Positions 24,413 to 37,619 of a stretch of DNA of 64,000 nucleotides are shown here, in pieces. The DNA comes from Malacoraja senta. Its lineage: Eukaryota. The stretch spans positions 28,026,001 to 28,090,000 of the forward strand of contig CM075987.1 in assembly GCA_038087875.1 (NCBI GenBank), read 5' to 3'. The position numbers were made by a program, and so were the translations under genes. Numbering within the stretch: position 1 is the first letter of the stretch; each line of letters opens with the position of its first letter. The notes below the pieces were generated by a model, which was given only the letters and a program-made list of their open reading frames with translations, ran no database searches and had not been told where the DNA came from.

Positions 24413-25264
24413 GTATCACTGACAACAAACCATGCTTTCTTGATGAGCTCAATGCATTCTATGTTCGCTTTGAAGAGAAGGTCATTGGAATGATGTCAGC
24501 CCTGACAGCTTCAGGCACACAGTATCACGGTCACTGTTACAGATGTCATATCGGCCTTCCTGAGAGTGAACACATGGAAAGCAACTGGCTTCGATTGAGT
24601 CCTCAGGACTTGCATGGACCTGCATGCCAGCAGTATTCACAGTCATCTTAACCTCTCTCTACCCTTTCTGAGACTCCCATCTGCTTAAGAAGATCACTAT
24701 CCTCCCAGTACCAAAGAATAGCAAGGAACCGTGCCATAATGACAACTGTCCTTTGGCACTGACATCCACCATCATGAAGTGCTTCGAGGGATTGTTGATA
24801 ACGCACATTAACTCCAGCCCCCCAGATAGCCTTAACCCGCTGCAGTTTTCAAACTGTGCAATAGGTCCACGGCAGGTGCCATCGTCATGAAATTGCAGAG
24901 AGTTGTGGATGTAGCCCAGTTCCTCATGCAGACCAGCTTTCCCACTCCATTTACAATGCTCCATTTACACTTCACGTTGCCTGGGGAAAGCAGTTAATAT
25001 GATCAAGGTAATTCCCTCTTCTCCCCTGTCCCGTAAGGTAGAAGAATCAAAAGCTTGAAAGCCCTTCCCACCAGATTCAAGAACAGCTTCTTTCCTGCTG
25101 TGATCAGACTACTGAATGGTCCTCCCATAAGTTTAGGTTCTGATCTTCCAACCTACCTCATTGAGGTATTTGAACTTTTCCTCTGTAACACACTATAATG
25201 CTTTAATAATATTATAATCTGCACTCTGGTATTTTTCTCTTTGCACTACCTGTTGTACTTGTGT

Positions 25265-25352
25265 ATAGATACATAGATACATAGAAAATAGGTGCAGGAG
25301 TAGGCCATTCGGCCCTTCGAGCCTGCACCGCCATTCAATATGATCATGGCTG
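25265..25352 (-). mobile_element. Very short young CR1 3' end
   Basis: Essentially identical to 46322-46408. Confidence 0.9.
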
Positions 25353-25994
25353 AATTTGTAATCAATATATAGTATGATTCGACTGCATAGCACACAAACA
25401 AAACTTGTTACTGTTTCTCTGTCACTTGACAATAACAAGCAAATATCAATTCCAATATTATCAGTTACTGAACTTTTCTCCTCCTCAAACTGAGAAATCT
25501 GAGTTTGTGACATGGTCCAGACAGAGGGGTGATGGTGAGTTAGAATATTGTGGCATCAGCTTGCACAAAGAACTACATTGCTTATAAATTAGATTGAATG
25601 TTGATATTTGTGGCTATACTTTTGCAGATTACTTACAATTTGTGAGAATAATCAGTTTGTAAATTTGGATCGGTCACGTACATTTGTGATATAGAGCATG
25701 TCAGGGATTTGGTGGGTGGGTTAGTACTGAATTGTATCAACTCTGGTGCAGTTCTCATTTGTGGCATTGTCAGTTGAAATTGGGAGATTGGGTACTCACA
25801 GAGAACCATTTTCTCATTAAGTATATCGCAGATCTATTCGCCACAGCTGTAGTTTATTTGTATGATACCTGAGCCAGTTGATACATTCACAAGCTGCAGC
25901 AGCAAATCAAGAGGCTCACCGATGAACCAGGAGACTGCATATTGACTTTCCGTGAGATCTTCTGCGTTTCTCCACTTATTTTGGCCATTACATT

Positions 25995-27725
25995 AATATC
26001 GTTAGACACGGGTGAGGTGTTGGATGACTGTAGGTAGCTAATGATGTGCCCCTATTTAAGAAGGGCTGCAAGGAAAAACCTGGGAACTATAGACCAGTGA
26101 ACCTAACAACTGTGGTACGTAAGTTACAGGAGAGGATTTTGAGGTATATATGAATTTGGATACACAGAGGCTGATTAGGGATTGTCAAGATGGATATGTG
26201 GGAAATCGTGTCTCATGAATTTGATCAAGTTTTTTGAAGAAGTAACCAACAAGGCTGACAGGGGCAAAGCTGTAGACGTTGTGTATATGAACTTCAGCAA
26301 AGCTTTTGACAAGGTTCTGCACAGCAGGCTGCTCTGGCAGGTTAGACCACATGGCATCCCAGGAGTGCTAGCTATCTGGAAACAAAATTGGTTTCATTGA
26401 AGGAAACAAAGAGTGGTGGTGGAAGGTTGTCTTTCGAACTGGAGGCCTATGATCAGTGGTGTGCCTCAGTGGTGCTGTTTGTAGTTTATAGCAACACTTT
26501 AATGAGAATTTACAAGGCATGATTGGTATGTTTGCAGATGACATTAAAGTAGGTGCTATCATAGACAGCGAAGATGGTTATCAAAAATTACAGCCGGATC
26601 TTGATCAGCTGGGTAAGTGTGCTGAAGAATGGCTATTGGAGTTTAATGTAGATAAGTGTGATATGTTGCATTTTGGGAAGTAAAACCATGGCAGGACCTT
26701 CACATTGTATGATAGGACCCTGAGGGCCTTCACAGTGTATGGTATGGCCTGAGGAGTGTTGTAGAGCAGAGGTATCTAAGAGTACAGATACATAGTTCCT
26801 GGCGAGTGTTTTGGTCAGGGTACTGAGTATAGAGGTTGGGAAATTATGTTACAGTTGTACAAGACATTGATGAGGCCGCATATGGAGTATTATGTTCAAT
26901 TTTGGTCATCCTACTGTAGGAAGGATGTCATCAAGCTGGAAAGAGTGCAGGGAAGATTTACGAGGATGTTGCTAGGAGACGAGGACCAGAGCTATAGGGC
27001 GAGATTGGCAAGCTGGGACTTAGAATGCAGGAGGATAAGTTTTTTTTTTATAGAAGTATATAAAATCATGGGGAATTGATAAGGTGAATGCTCAGGGTCT
27101 TTTACTGAAGGTTGGGGAATCAAGACCCAAATACATAGTTTTGTGAGAGGGTTAAGGTTTAATAGGAACACGAGGGGCAACTTTGCACTGAGAGGATGGT
27201 GGGTATATGAAATGAGCTGCCAGAGCGGCACAGTGGTGCAGCGCCAGAGACACCGGTTCAATCCTGACCTTGTGTGCTGTCTGTGTGGAATTTGCATGTT
27301 CTCCCCGTGAATGCATGGGTTTCTTCTGGGTGCTCCGGTTTCCTCCAACATCCCAAAGATGGAAGGGTATGTAGGTTAATTGGCCTCTGTAAATTGCCCC
27401 TAGTGTGTATGGAATGGATGCCAAAGTGCAAGTACAAAGAACTAATGTGAACAGGTGATCAAGGGTCGGCATGGTCTCAGTGGGTTGAAGGGCCTGTTTC
27501 CATGCTGTATCTCTAAATTAAACTAAATTAAATAAAGTGAAAGATGGAAGTTGCGATAGGTACAATAACCACATTGATAAGACACCTAGACAGGTACAAG
27601 GCTTTGAAAGGTTTAAGATATAGGCCAAATACAGTTAAATGGCTCTAGTTTAGATGGGCATCTTGGTCTGCAAAGACGAATTGGCTTGAAGGGCCTGTTT
27701 GCCTGCTGCATGACTCTATGACTCT
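25995..27725 (+). mobile_element. CR1 ORF2 and 3' end, degraded, with a SINE inserted at 27225-27535
   Basis: GKSCLMNLIKFFEEVT, VDVVYMNFSKAFDKV, FADD, LYKTLMRPHMEY, and a tgactctatgactctat tail. Confidence 0.88.
27225..27535 (+). mobile_element. tRNA-derived SINE (HE1-like)
   Basis: gcggcacagtggtgcagc...ggttcaatcc head, conserved core and (taaac/taaat) tail. Confidence 0.85.
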
Positions 27726-29183
27726 ATTAAAGCTTTTGTGGCATTCTGCTGGGTTTCTTTACACAAGCTGGAGCTACAGAGCTTGTATTGGTATTGGGGC
27801 AGGAATCTCCTGGGGGAATTGGGGAGAGGGGGTTCTGTCTGTAACACCCCCAAGGATTCTCAATGATCCCATTCCTTTCTCTGGATCTTTGAGGAACAAT
27901 GCGTAAACTTTGGAGGCTATTTTCTTCCTCTGTCAGAGATTTGTAATTTTCTGCAAGCAACGCTACAGTCGAAATTCCTCTGTTCTTACAGATCAAGTCA
28001 CTGTCATTCTTAGCTCCTGGCCTCCAAATCACTCTGGGAATGTTGCATGGCTCAATTGTAGCCTACTAGTGCTAGGTGTTTTTCCATATAAACTGCTGTT
28101 CATTTGGCCTATTGAACTCTTGCAGTACCAGTATCTGACCTGGGGCTTAATAGTGTCAGGTGTCATGTTGGATCTTCCTCTTTCTTTTCCTTGTTAACTG
28201 CGATAATAAATAGTAGAGTGCTGTCACGTATTGCACCTACACAAGTGCAAACCATAACAAGTAAAATAAAGGCCATACCATTAGCTTGTATTGTGTCTCA
28301 GTTGATTGTGATTCTTGAAGTTACACTTTTAAAATAAAGTCTTTTTTTAAAAACTCATTCCTGAACCACCATATGTGCTAAATCTCTTAAACTGTAAATC
28401 ACCTTTTCATATACACACAACCATGGCTCTTATTGTAGACGAATAAGTGCTTGTGTACACCTTTAATAAACATACATGTCACGGCAGGAAAATGAAATAA
28501 TGACGTTCAACGTTTTAAAGTATGCCACAAAAAAAGCACTACCCAAAATGCTTTTAACTGCAGGTAGACAAAAATGCTGGAGGAACTCAGTCAGTGAGAC
28601 AGCATCTATGGAGAGAAGGACTAGGCGACGTTAAACATGCTTTTAACTGCAATCAGCACTAACCAAAATATAACAAAACATGCAAAACCTCACAAATATG
28701 TATGTATTGTCTTTTAAATGTATGTATTGACCCGCCTATTCCTTCGCTCCATAGATGCTGCCTCACTCGCTGAGTTTCTCCAGCATTTTCGTTTACCTTC
28801 GATATTTCCAGCATCTGCAGTTCTTTCTTAAACATATTGTCTTTTAAATGTTTTCTTCTGATTTCTTTTGAGCTCAAAAAATTAAAGAAGCTTGTTCAAT
28901 ATGTGTGATAATCATAAGAACATACTTAATGTGTACTAATAGGAAAATGACATAGTTGAGCCTTCAAAAGGCACATTTTCATGAATGAAATCTGCGTGCG
29001 AAATCCAGGCATCATTGGCAGTAGGTAAAACAGGGATAGTTTCCTGCAGATTGTTAATTCTTTGCATGTTTCTATGTATGAGATAGCATCTGGCCATTGT
29101 TTTGAAATGCTATATGTCTAGTTTAAGTTGTACATTTAATCTGTTCATTTTGCAATTTGATGTTTTTTAACTTTTGATCAAAG

Positions 29184-29362
29184 GTTGGACAGAAACTGAG
29201 AATGCAACAACCAATCTTCCACCTACATCTGCTGCAGTGGAAATAATTATCAATGAACTTCCTACTTCATCAGTTACCATTTCTGCTACAGTTACTTCTT
29301 TCGCTTCCATTCGTTCTTTGTCTCCAAATACCACTAAGTCTGTGGCCATTGCCGATAGGAAG
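29184..29362 (+). CDS. Exon 2, Ser/Thr-rich mucin-like ectodomain (GWTETENATTNLPPTS...PNTTKSVAIADRK)
   Basis: T-rich acceptor ...gatcaaag| and donor aag|gtgagc. 179 nt, phase 1 to 0. N-glycosylation sequons NAT and NTT. Confidence 0.85.
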
Positions 29363-29765
29363 GTGAGCAGTTCACATCACAACACACATATCAAAGCTCA
29401 GGCACATTTCTTAGGAGTACATTAAATGGACTACACATTCACTGTAATAACATTTGAATATGTTCCCCTGTCATTAACAGGTTAATGAAGCCTAAATGAG
29501 CATCATATTACTTACCACTATGTTTGTATTGGTGATGTAGCTTGAATTATCCACATTTCAGAAATTAGAATACCTTTGGTGGTATCTTAATTAGGAGTAC
29601 AGCAGCCATTTTTTGGAAACTAGAGCATTGGCTCTGATTGGTTTAACGATTGATGATTGCATTAACAGTTGATGAAAAAGAAACCTACTAAAATTAAGTG
29701 TTTTAATTATTTTTGTGAGTTGGAGGAGCTGTTTTCAAGGCCTGTCATTCCAGCATGAAAGCATA

Positions 29766-32700
29766 ATTTTACTTCGGAGTCACGTGAGTGACTACGTGAA
29801 GAAGGCCGTCAGCCCGCATGCGCGTCAATACGTCTAGCGCATTGCGCAACGCGCTGACTGGCAGGTGCGCTGCTCCTGCCAGCGGTAAGTTTAAACCTGC
29901 AGGTAAGTTTTAAACTTTCCAGGTTATGTTTTCTATTACAGGAATCTCTTCTCACAGAGTTTTCCTGTTGGATTTCGGGGTGAAGTTGGGACGGGCCGCG
30001 GGGAAACCTTTATGGACCACGAGGTAATCCCAGTCATGGACCGTGGGGAATCCCGGTCACGACCTCGGGGAATCCAGGCCACGGACCGCGGGGGAACCGG
30101 CTACGGAGACCGCGGAAGTGCGGGTAGCGGGCGGCGGTCAAAATTCGCCTTCCGAGTCGCTGGCGGTGGAGCAAGCGACTTCAGACTGGTGCTGGTAGCA
30201 CCTTGGCAAACCCGCTTGGAGGGTAAGCCACTAAATTATATCTCCCTCTCTGAGGAGGGGAGCGTAGGGAAGAGGCCCGTTGACCCAAACGAGTCGGGCC
30301 AGGAGGATTCCTGATGGAGAGGATCCTCTCCTTCAATGGGTAGCGTCTTCGGACGTCTAACCCACATGGAGCACCTGATGGAGAAGTGCTCCACAATGGT
30401 ATGCTCCAAGGAGGGAGTTATATCACCGCGGGTCTCCTCGGGGCCTGCAGCAGCGGCAGCGGCACCTGTTTACAGGGCTGCACAGTGTCTCCCTCTCTGA
30501 GGAGGGGAGCAGTCGGGGTCAGTTCTGTCTGAATCGCAGTTCGGTACCACGAGGCACGAAGGGTATGGTCCGTGGAGGGGCCATATCAGTGCAGGTCTCC
30601 TCGGGGGCCTGCGGCAGCACCTGTTTCAGGACTATCGCCCTCGCTATGGAGAGGAGTGCGAGGGGTCAGTGTGTAACTGACTCCAAACTGGGAAGTATAT
30701 CCGTGGAACATACTGGAGTACGTGTGTGAGGTTCAGAAATGTCTGTCATGACATCCAGGTTTGCGACATCCTCGCAAGCGAAGGAGTGCTGCAGGAAGAG
30801 TAGTTCCAGCCGTTGGCAGCAAAACCTCACGTCACGTCATAACAGGAACAGGTGACGGCTGTGAGATACCATGCACCTGTAAATTGTTCCTGAAAGTGCC
30901 GGCAGTGAACAGCGCTATCAGGGGTGACTTTGGAGGGGCATGGAACCCCAGGAAACCAGCCGCCGAATCTTCTCTTCAGGTAAGCCTATTCAACAGGTGG
31001 ACCTGCATGAGGGAGCTAAAGCTGTCGAACTACGAGTACAGCCTCATCGTTTCGGCAACAACACACCCCACGCTTCCATCAGCAGTAAGCGGTTCACTGA
31101 AGCTGGTGGCAGCCAGCAAGCTGGGCAGAGGTCTTTAGGCCAAGGCCCAAGCCGGTCTCAGGAAAAATATGGAATCCACGTACCCTACCAGTCCTACTCT
31201 CCAATCAAGGACGGAAATAGAACCTGCATCAGGGGCCTTTGGGCTTACCACAAGACCACCGGTAACCATGAAGGTAGGTGGGTCTGGTTCTTTCCGAAAC
31301 ATGGGGTATGTGGACCATTTACAAGTTGGTAATATTTACGCTTATTTTATGTACAAATGACAAAGTGAACATGTGATTAGTTTATACTGCACAGTATACA
31401 AGGATTCCAAGCAGGCTTGGAATTGTGGCCAGAGTTGTCTTTCGAAGCAGCCTCCATATTATGGCCAGGTTTGCCTTTTGAGACAGGCTCGGAAATATGG
31501 GCAGGCACAGAATGATGGCCAGAGTTGTCTTTCAAGGCACACTCAGTATTATGGCCAGGATTGCCTTTCGACACAGGCTCGGAAATATGACCAGAGTGTT
31601 TTTTCAAGGCAGGCTCGGAACTATGGCAGGCATGGCCTGATCATTGTGTAAGATGCAGGATGTCGGTTTATCCTTGATTAACTCGCATGTGCGGTATAAT
31701 CATTTCAGCATAGCAAACTTCGTTACTGTCTAACAACTGATTTCCATAGGATCTTTATGGCATGCATTGATCTCAAAGATGCATACTGTTCAGTTCTCAT
31801 TCACAGGGATCACCGGAGATATTTGAAATTTAGCTGGATGGGGCAATGATAACAGTTAAAGCATTGCAAAATATGCTAACTTCAGTTCCCAGGCTATTTA
31901 CCAAATTACTAAAACTGGTGCTTGGGCTGCTTAGAGCTCAAAAAAACACTTATTATGGCCTATCTACATGATATTCTAAAACGCTGTATTTTGCTAAAAT
32001 TAAACTGTTTCGGCCGCACACTATATTTGAGTAATTGGGGTTCCTCATCCATCCAGTTACGTTTAAGTTGATACCAACTAGAGTTATCGATTATTGGGAT
32101 CTATTAATTTACTGTGACTCCGCCCTGCGGCAAGAGATTGGAATTAATAAAAGCCTGTAACAACCTTGTTGTTATGAAGCAGCCTCTATTCATCAAATGT
32201 AATTGGCAATATAGTGGCTGTGTTTTCAGCTGTGCATTTGGACCTTTGCATTATCAGAACTTACAACGTGCAAAGGAGTAACTTCTTCAGTGCCATATAG
32301 GTAATTATTAACAGACCTATACTATTACCAGCTGAAGCTATCAAAGTCACAATGGTGGACGAACAGTATTCAACATTGCTCCTGTAACTTTTGCTCAGTA
32401 ACTCTTCAGTTATATTACAAACCATCTCTAGTTATGCAGGCGGATGGGCTTTGCATGAGTTACCATTTTTCAGTTATATGGTATCAATTACCTATAAGAC
32501 ACTAGGTGTATTCTATGGGTTAAATGTTTATTGTGCGAATATGCATAATCTGCATGCTCAACTCCAAGTTGATACACTATGGTGGTGGCATATGTTAATC
32601 ACAAGGGTGCAGTCAAGTTAAATATCCTGTGATAATTTACCTAACCTCATTTGGCACTGGTATATCATCACGTAAAAATCTATGACAACACAGAATGGAT

Positions 32701-34496
32701 GTTGTATCACAAAGTATTTAATGACATTGTGGTTCAATGGAACACCGAATATCAATATGTTTACATCCAGGCTCAATCACCATTGTAAAAATATGTGGCA
32801 CAGTGGCAATAGATGTATTCTCGCTACACTGAGGAGGAATGTTCTTTATGTCTTTCCTCAATTTTGCCTCATCAGTCGGGTCTTGCACAAAATCCTGCAA
32901 GATCTCGCCTCAGGCATTTCGTACTTCCGGACTGGCCTATGCAGCCATGGTTCCCGCTAAATGTTGGGAATAATATAGGACCTTGTATGGTTATCATAAA
33001 CACTAAAATTTGGTGGTTCAACCCCGTGACTCGGGAAACCATCCTCTGCATGATAAAATCAATTTATAGACTTGCAGACTCTGAGAGACCGTTCCGGCGG
33101 CTTGGGTTGGCAGACTGATCTATGTACATGCTCACTTCAGAGTGCAGGGATAGCACCTAAAAAGCAGCACATTTTTCCTCATCAGGAGATGGGAACTGTT
33201 TTGTTTTAATGCCAATGTTACATATAATATGGCACGGATAACTAACGTCTCGGAGTCCATTTTCAGATGGGTATTTGACAATTAATTAAGTTACAGTATC
33301 ATTAACTGTGCCAACGTGCTTTCTCATCATAGTTGCTGCAGCGATCGGGACCCACTCAGTCGGGTCTCACCCTCTCATATCCAGATTTCTAAAGGATATC
33401 TTTAACGCAAATTCTCCCAGGCCCAGGTACTCGGAGATATGGGATGATAGTATTGTTCTAAAACTGCTTCGCCAGTAGGGCCCAGCTACATCTCTATCCC
33501 TGGTCAAACCCACTTTCGAAGTGGTTATGCTCATGGCGCCAGTCTCAGCGCTACGGGTCCAGCCACTACTTAAATTGTGACTGGACAAGATGGTTACATC
33601 TGCTAATAATATAATATTTTATTTTTATGATATAGTTAAGCAGAGCAGACCAGGGGCATCAGGTCCTAAACAATTTTTCATGGCATACCCCATGGACCTT
33701 TGGTTGTCTGTGGTCACACATTTACAACAATACGTCAAGGTCACCAAGAGCCATAGAGGCTCTGCATTAGCAATGTTTGTTAGTTACTAAAAACTTCATG
33801 CAGGTATCAATCCAGACCATCTCCAGGTGGTCAAACAGGTTTTTGGCTTATGCAGCAGTAGATACTAATATTTTCTATCTCACTCCACTAGGGCTGCTAC
33901 AATATTAGCAGCAAAGATTATGTACGTTCCTCTGGACCACATCCTAGCGGCTGCAGGATGGTCAAACGAACGAACTTTCCAACATTTTATAATAACCCAT
34001 TGCCAGACCGTTTTTTTTTTGCCAAATTCCATTTATGCTTTGTTTCATAGTTTCCTCCAGGATGGTAGGGGTCACTATTATTTTCCTTTGATGATTAAAG
34101 CATCAGCATTTTTAACAAACTATGTCATGGCTGAATGCATTAATCTTTTTCACTCATCCATGGTCAATTGATGCAGTGTGTGACGCCTGGACTCGTATCC
34201 GGCATGAAATCACAGAGCTTCAAAGTCTTCACCTAGTCACTCACGTGACTCCGAAGTAAAATAGTAAGATTAAACGAGAACTTACCAGTTTGAAGTTTGA
34301 TCTTTATTTTATGAGGAGTTACGATGAGCGATTACGTGCCCACCGCTCCCAACCCTCATATTATAACGGTCATCTGGTAGTTCTAGTTCTCTCCAATCTT
34401 ACTATGTTCAGGTCAACTACTGTTATCTGTGATTTCACACCGCTGCTTTGAAGATTGACGCGCATGCGGGCTGACGGCCTTCTTCACGTAATCGCT
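29766..34496 (+). mobile_element. DIRS1-type tyrosine-recombinase retrotransposon, near full-length, coding regions decayed
   Basis: RT (IDLKDAY, FTKLLK, MAYLHDIL), methyltransferase-like (MFTSRLN, YVFPQF, PDWPMQPWFP) and YR (HPLISRFLK, ALRVQ, HSTRAA, ILAAAGWS..TFQHF) remnants. A 37-nt ITR 29793-29829/34454-34490 and an ICR at 34226-34338. Confidence 0.92.
31412..31635 (+). repeat. Minisatellite (18/36-bp units) inside DIRS
   Basis: About six imperfect units of caggctcggaaatatggccagagttgtctttcgaag. Confidence 0.85.
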
Positions 34497-34769
34497 GATA
34501 TTATCATAGACACTGATCTTTCTTTTTAATTCTGGATTTTAAATCATGTATTGTGTTTTTGTATATAATTTATGATGCTTTTATAAGTAATATACTAAGC
34601 TTTTATATGTATTTTATGGTGTTTTTATATGCAATGTATTTTATGTAATGTCGCCTCTTATCTGGACCTTGAGTCTGAAATAAAAGTTTAATAAAAAAAA
34701 TAATAAATAGACATTTCGTGCACCAATTAATGTGCCAGCAACATTACGGAAGTATATATCTTGTTCAAT

Positions 34770-35165
34770 TTGGAGTATTGTGAGCAGTTTAAGGTCCCAT
34801 ATCTGAGGAAGGATGTGCTGATGATGGAGAGGGTCAAGAGAAGGTTTACGAGAATGACCCAGGAGATGATTGGGTTGACATGATGAGCATTTGACGGCAC
34901 TGGGCCTACACATGCTGGAGTTTAGAAGGATGAGGGAGGACCTCATTGAAACTTACCACGCAGGTCTGGATAGAGTGGATGTGGAGAGGATGTTTCCACT
35001 AGTAGGAGAGTATAGGACCAGAGGGCAAAGCATCAGAATAAAAGGACGTACCTTTAGAAAGGAGATGAGAAATTTCTTTAGTCAGAAGGTGGTGAATCTG
35101 TGGAATTCACAGCTGTGGAGGCCAAGTAATTGCATATTTTTAAAGCGGAGATTGACAGATTCTTG
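34770..35165 (+). mobile_element. CR1 3' fragment
   Basis: LEFRRMREDLIETY...RMFPLVGEYRTRG...NFFSQKVVNLWNS. Confidence 0.85.
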
Positions 35166-35414
35166 ATTATTCGTATCTCAATTATGCAATATGGTTGGAA
35201 CACACAAATGTCCATTCTTTCCACTTTACTTGGGCGCATTTAAACTTAGCTGAAGGTAAAGTAATTATGGAATTCTGTGGCAAGGAAGAGTAAACGAAGG
35301 AGTTATATCATCTTAATTAATGTATGATTTGTTGTGTGATATATTGGTTTATATCCCAATGTGTACTTATTTTTCTCCTTCATCAGATTCATACATTTTT
35401 TTTTCTATTTATAG

Positions 35415-35454
35415 AACAAATCTGACAAACCGGTTCCAAGAATGAATAAAGATC
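35415..35454 (+). CDS. Exon 3 (40 nt; NKSDKPVPRMNKD)
   Basis: Strong poly-T acceptor ttttctatttatag| and donor |gtaagt. Phase 0 to 1 bridges exons 2 and 4 exactly. Confidence 0.8.
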
Positions 35455-35790
35455 GTAAGTAATGTAATTATTGTATTAAACAAAACAGATATCTAATTGT
35501 AGCATTTTTTATTTGGCAAATATTTTTTGTTTGTGGTCAAACTATGTTCATCTTGATTCATTTATGGACCTTTGACTGTATAATCAAAGGCACATTTTTA
35601 ATGTAGTGCTGGATATTGTATTTTGATATGACATATTTTCCTGCAGTATCACAACAACAGCAAGTTGAAAGCAATTGTCTGCTGTAAATTCTTTAGGATT
35701 CTCATAATATTTATGAAGTACATTTGAAGCACCGAAGCATGTAAGGTCATGGGCTCTGTGCTAGGTAAGAGGTAATTCTTCTCTATTCTC

Positions 35791-35851
35791 TTCTCTCTGT
35801 GTCTCTCTCTGTCTCTCTCTGTCTCTCTCTGTCTCTCTCTGTCTCTCTCTG

Positions 35852-35882
<31 letters not shown>

Positions 35883-35883
35883 G

Positions 35884-35932
<49 letters not shown>

Positions 35933-35952
35933 GTCTCTCTCTCTGTCTCTCT
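35791..35952. repeat. Compound (CT)n/(CTGT) microsatellite
   Basis: Direct reading. Confidence 0.97.
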
Positions 35953-36805
35953 CCCATTGGGGAAATGTTGAATTGACATTCTCCAATAGATAATTGCTCA
36001 TTATAGTTTTATTGTATTATTGCATTTTATACCATTACTTTAAGTTTTACGGTAAAACTTTTAGTTTTAGTCCTTCCTACACGCACTTCCCATCTCTGAG
36101 TCCCTCATTTTTCATTTACCTCCTTCTTTCCCCTCCCACCATCCCCTTCCACATATATATATATATATCTCCTTCTGGCTTTACATTTGATTCCTCTTCC
36201 CTCCTTATTTGACACCCCTTTGTCAATTTTTCACCTCTAGTCTTTGTCACTTACTCCACCCATCTCCCAAACACCTCACTTGTATCCACCTGTCACTTGC
36301 CAGGAAATGTTTCACCCCCCACCTCTTTTTTTCCAGCTCCCCCCCTCACTACAATTAGTCTGAAGAAGGGCCCCAACGCGAAACGTTGCCTGTCCATTCC
36401 TTCCACAGATACTCCCTGACCCATTGAGTTCCACACTGTGTTTTGCACAACATTTCCCAATCTACAATTCCTTGTGTCCCCATGCCAATGTGTTTTTGGG
36501 AATCTCACTGATCTACACCAAATTCGATATATTGCGTTTACAAGATATTCCATTCCCAATCAGTACTGTCAAAATTTCAAACATAGAACAATGCTGCACA
36601 GGAACAGGTCCCTCTGAATATGATGGCAAGCCAGTTTTAAATCAATAATGCCAAGTCACCATGGATCCCATGCATCTTAATCATCTGGTTCAGCCTATCA
36701 TGAGGAATCTTGTAAAGTGCCTTACCTAGGCTGATGTTGATAACATCTATTACCCTACCCTCATCAATCATCTTTGTTACGTTCACAAAAAACTCAATCA
36801 AAAAA

Positions 36806-37121
36806 GGGCGGCATGGTGGTGTAGTGGTAGAGTTGCTGCCTTACAGACCTGGGTTCGATCCCGACTACAGGTGCTTGTCTGTACGGAGTTTGTAGGTTCT
36901 CCCCGTGACCTGCGTGGGTTTTCTCCGAGATCTTCGGTTTCCTCTCACACTCCAAAGATGTACAGGTTTGTAGGTTAACTGGGTTGTTATAAATGTAAAT
37001 TGTCCCTAGTGTGTGCAGGGAAGTGTTAATGTGCGGGAATGGCTGGTTGGTGCGGACTCGGTGGGCCGAAAGGCCTGTTTCCGCGCTGTATCTCTTAAAA
37101 CTAAAAAAACGAAAACTAAAA
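36806..37121 (+). mobile_element. tRNA-derived SINE (HE1-like), inserted in an old minus-strand CR1 remnant (~36620-37440)
   Basis: Box A tggtgtagtggtaga, Box B gggttcgatccc, conserved core and A-rich tail. Confidence 0.88.
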
Positions 37122-37619
37122 GTTTGTAAGGCATGACCTGCCCCACATAATGCCACGCTGACTATCCTGAATCACCCCATGCTTTTCCCAATTTGAGTAA
37201 ATTGTATTACGAAGAACCCTCTCTAATGCATGTCCACTACTGATGTCAGTCTCAATGGAATACAATATCCTGGATATCTCTATTTCCCTTCATAAGTAAA
37301 GGAATGACCGGCCTTCAATCCTCTGGAATTTCACCTGAGGCTAAAGACAATATAATGCTCTTCATTCATCAAGGCCCCAGGAATCTCCTCTCTTAGTAAC
37401 ATAGGGTAGAACCCATCAAGCCAGTGGATTTATCCACAAATATCTTTCAATAGAGGAAATAACTCATGGGCATGAAGAAGAAAATTTGTGCTTGGAGTCT
37501 GTGGATGTAGGCGACGTATAAATGAGTACTCTGCATTTGTATAAAAGAGTACTAATTCACTTAGGAGAAGGAAACGGAGTACTGTGAGATCAGTGTGGAG
37601 AATACAAATGTGCAAGATT

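Larger units (their letters stand above)
23040..25440 (+). mobile_element. Rex1/Babar LINE, long degraded copy with internal deletions and insertions
   Basis: APE remnant (NVQAIENKL...SET.L), PNRKPWMN, DELNAFY, LNPLQF, and a 3' end resembling the other Rex copies. Confidence 0.75.

Noticed and set aside
31412..31635. CRISPR-like 36-bp periodicity
   Set aside because: The units are contiguous degenerate tandem repeats without unique spacers, inside a eukaryotic retrotransposon.
35649..36001. ORFs rich in ER/RQ/SL repeats
   Set aside because: Translations of a CT/CTGT microsatellite.
36806..36870. tRNA gene
   Set aside because: Box A/B are present but continue into a SINE body and tail, with no complete cloverleaf.
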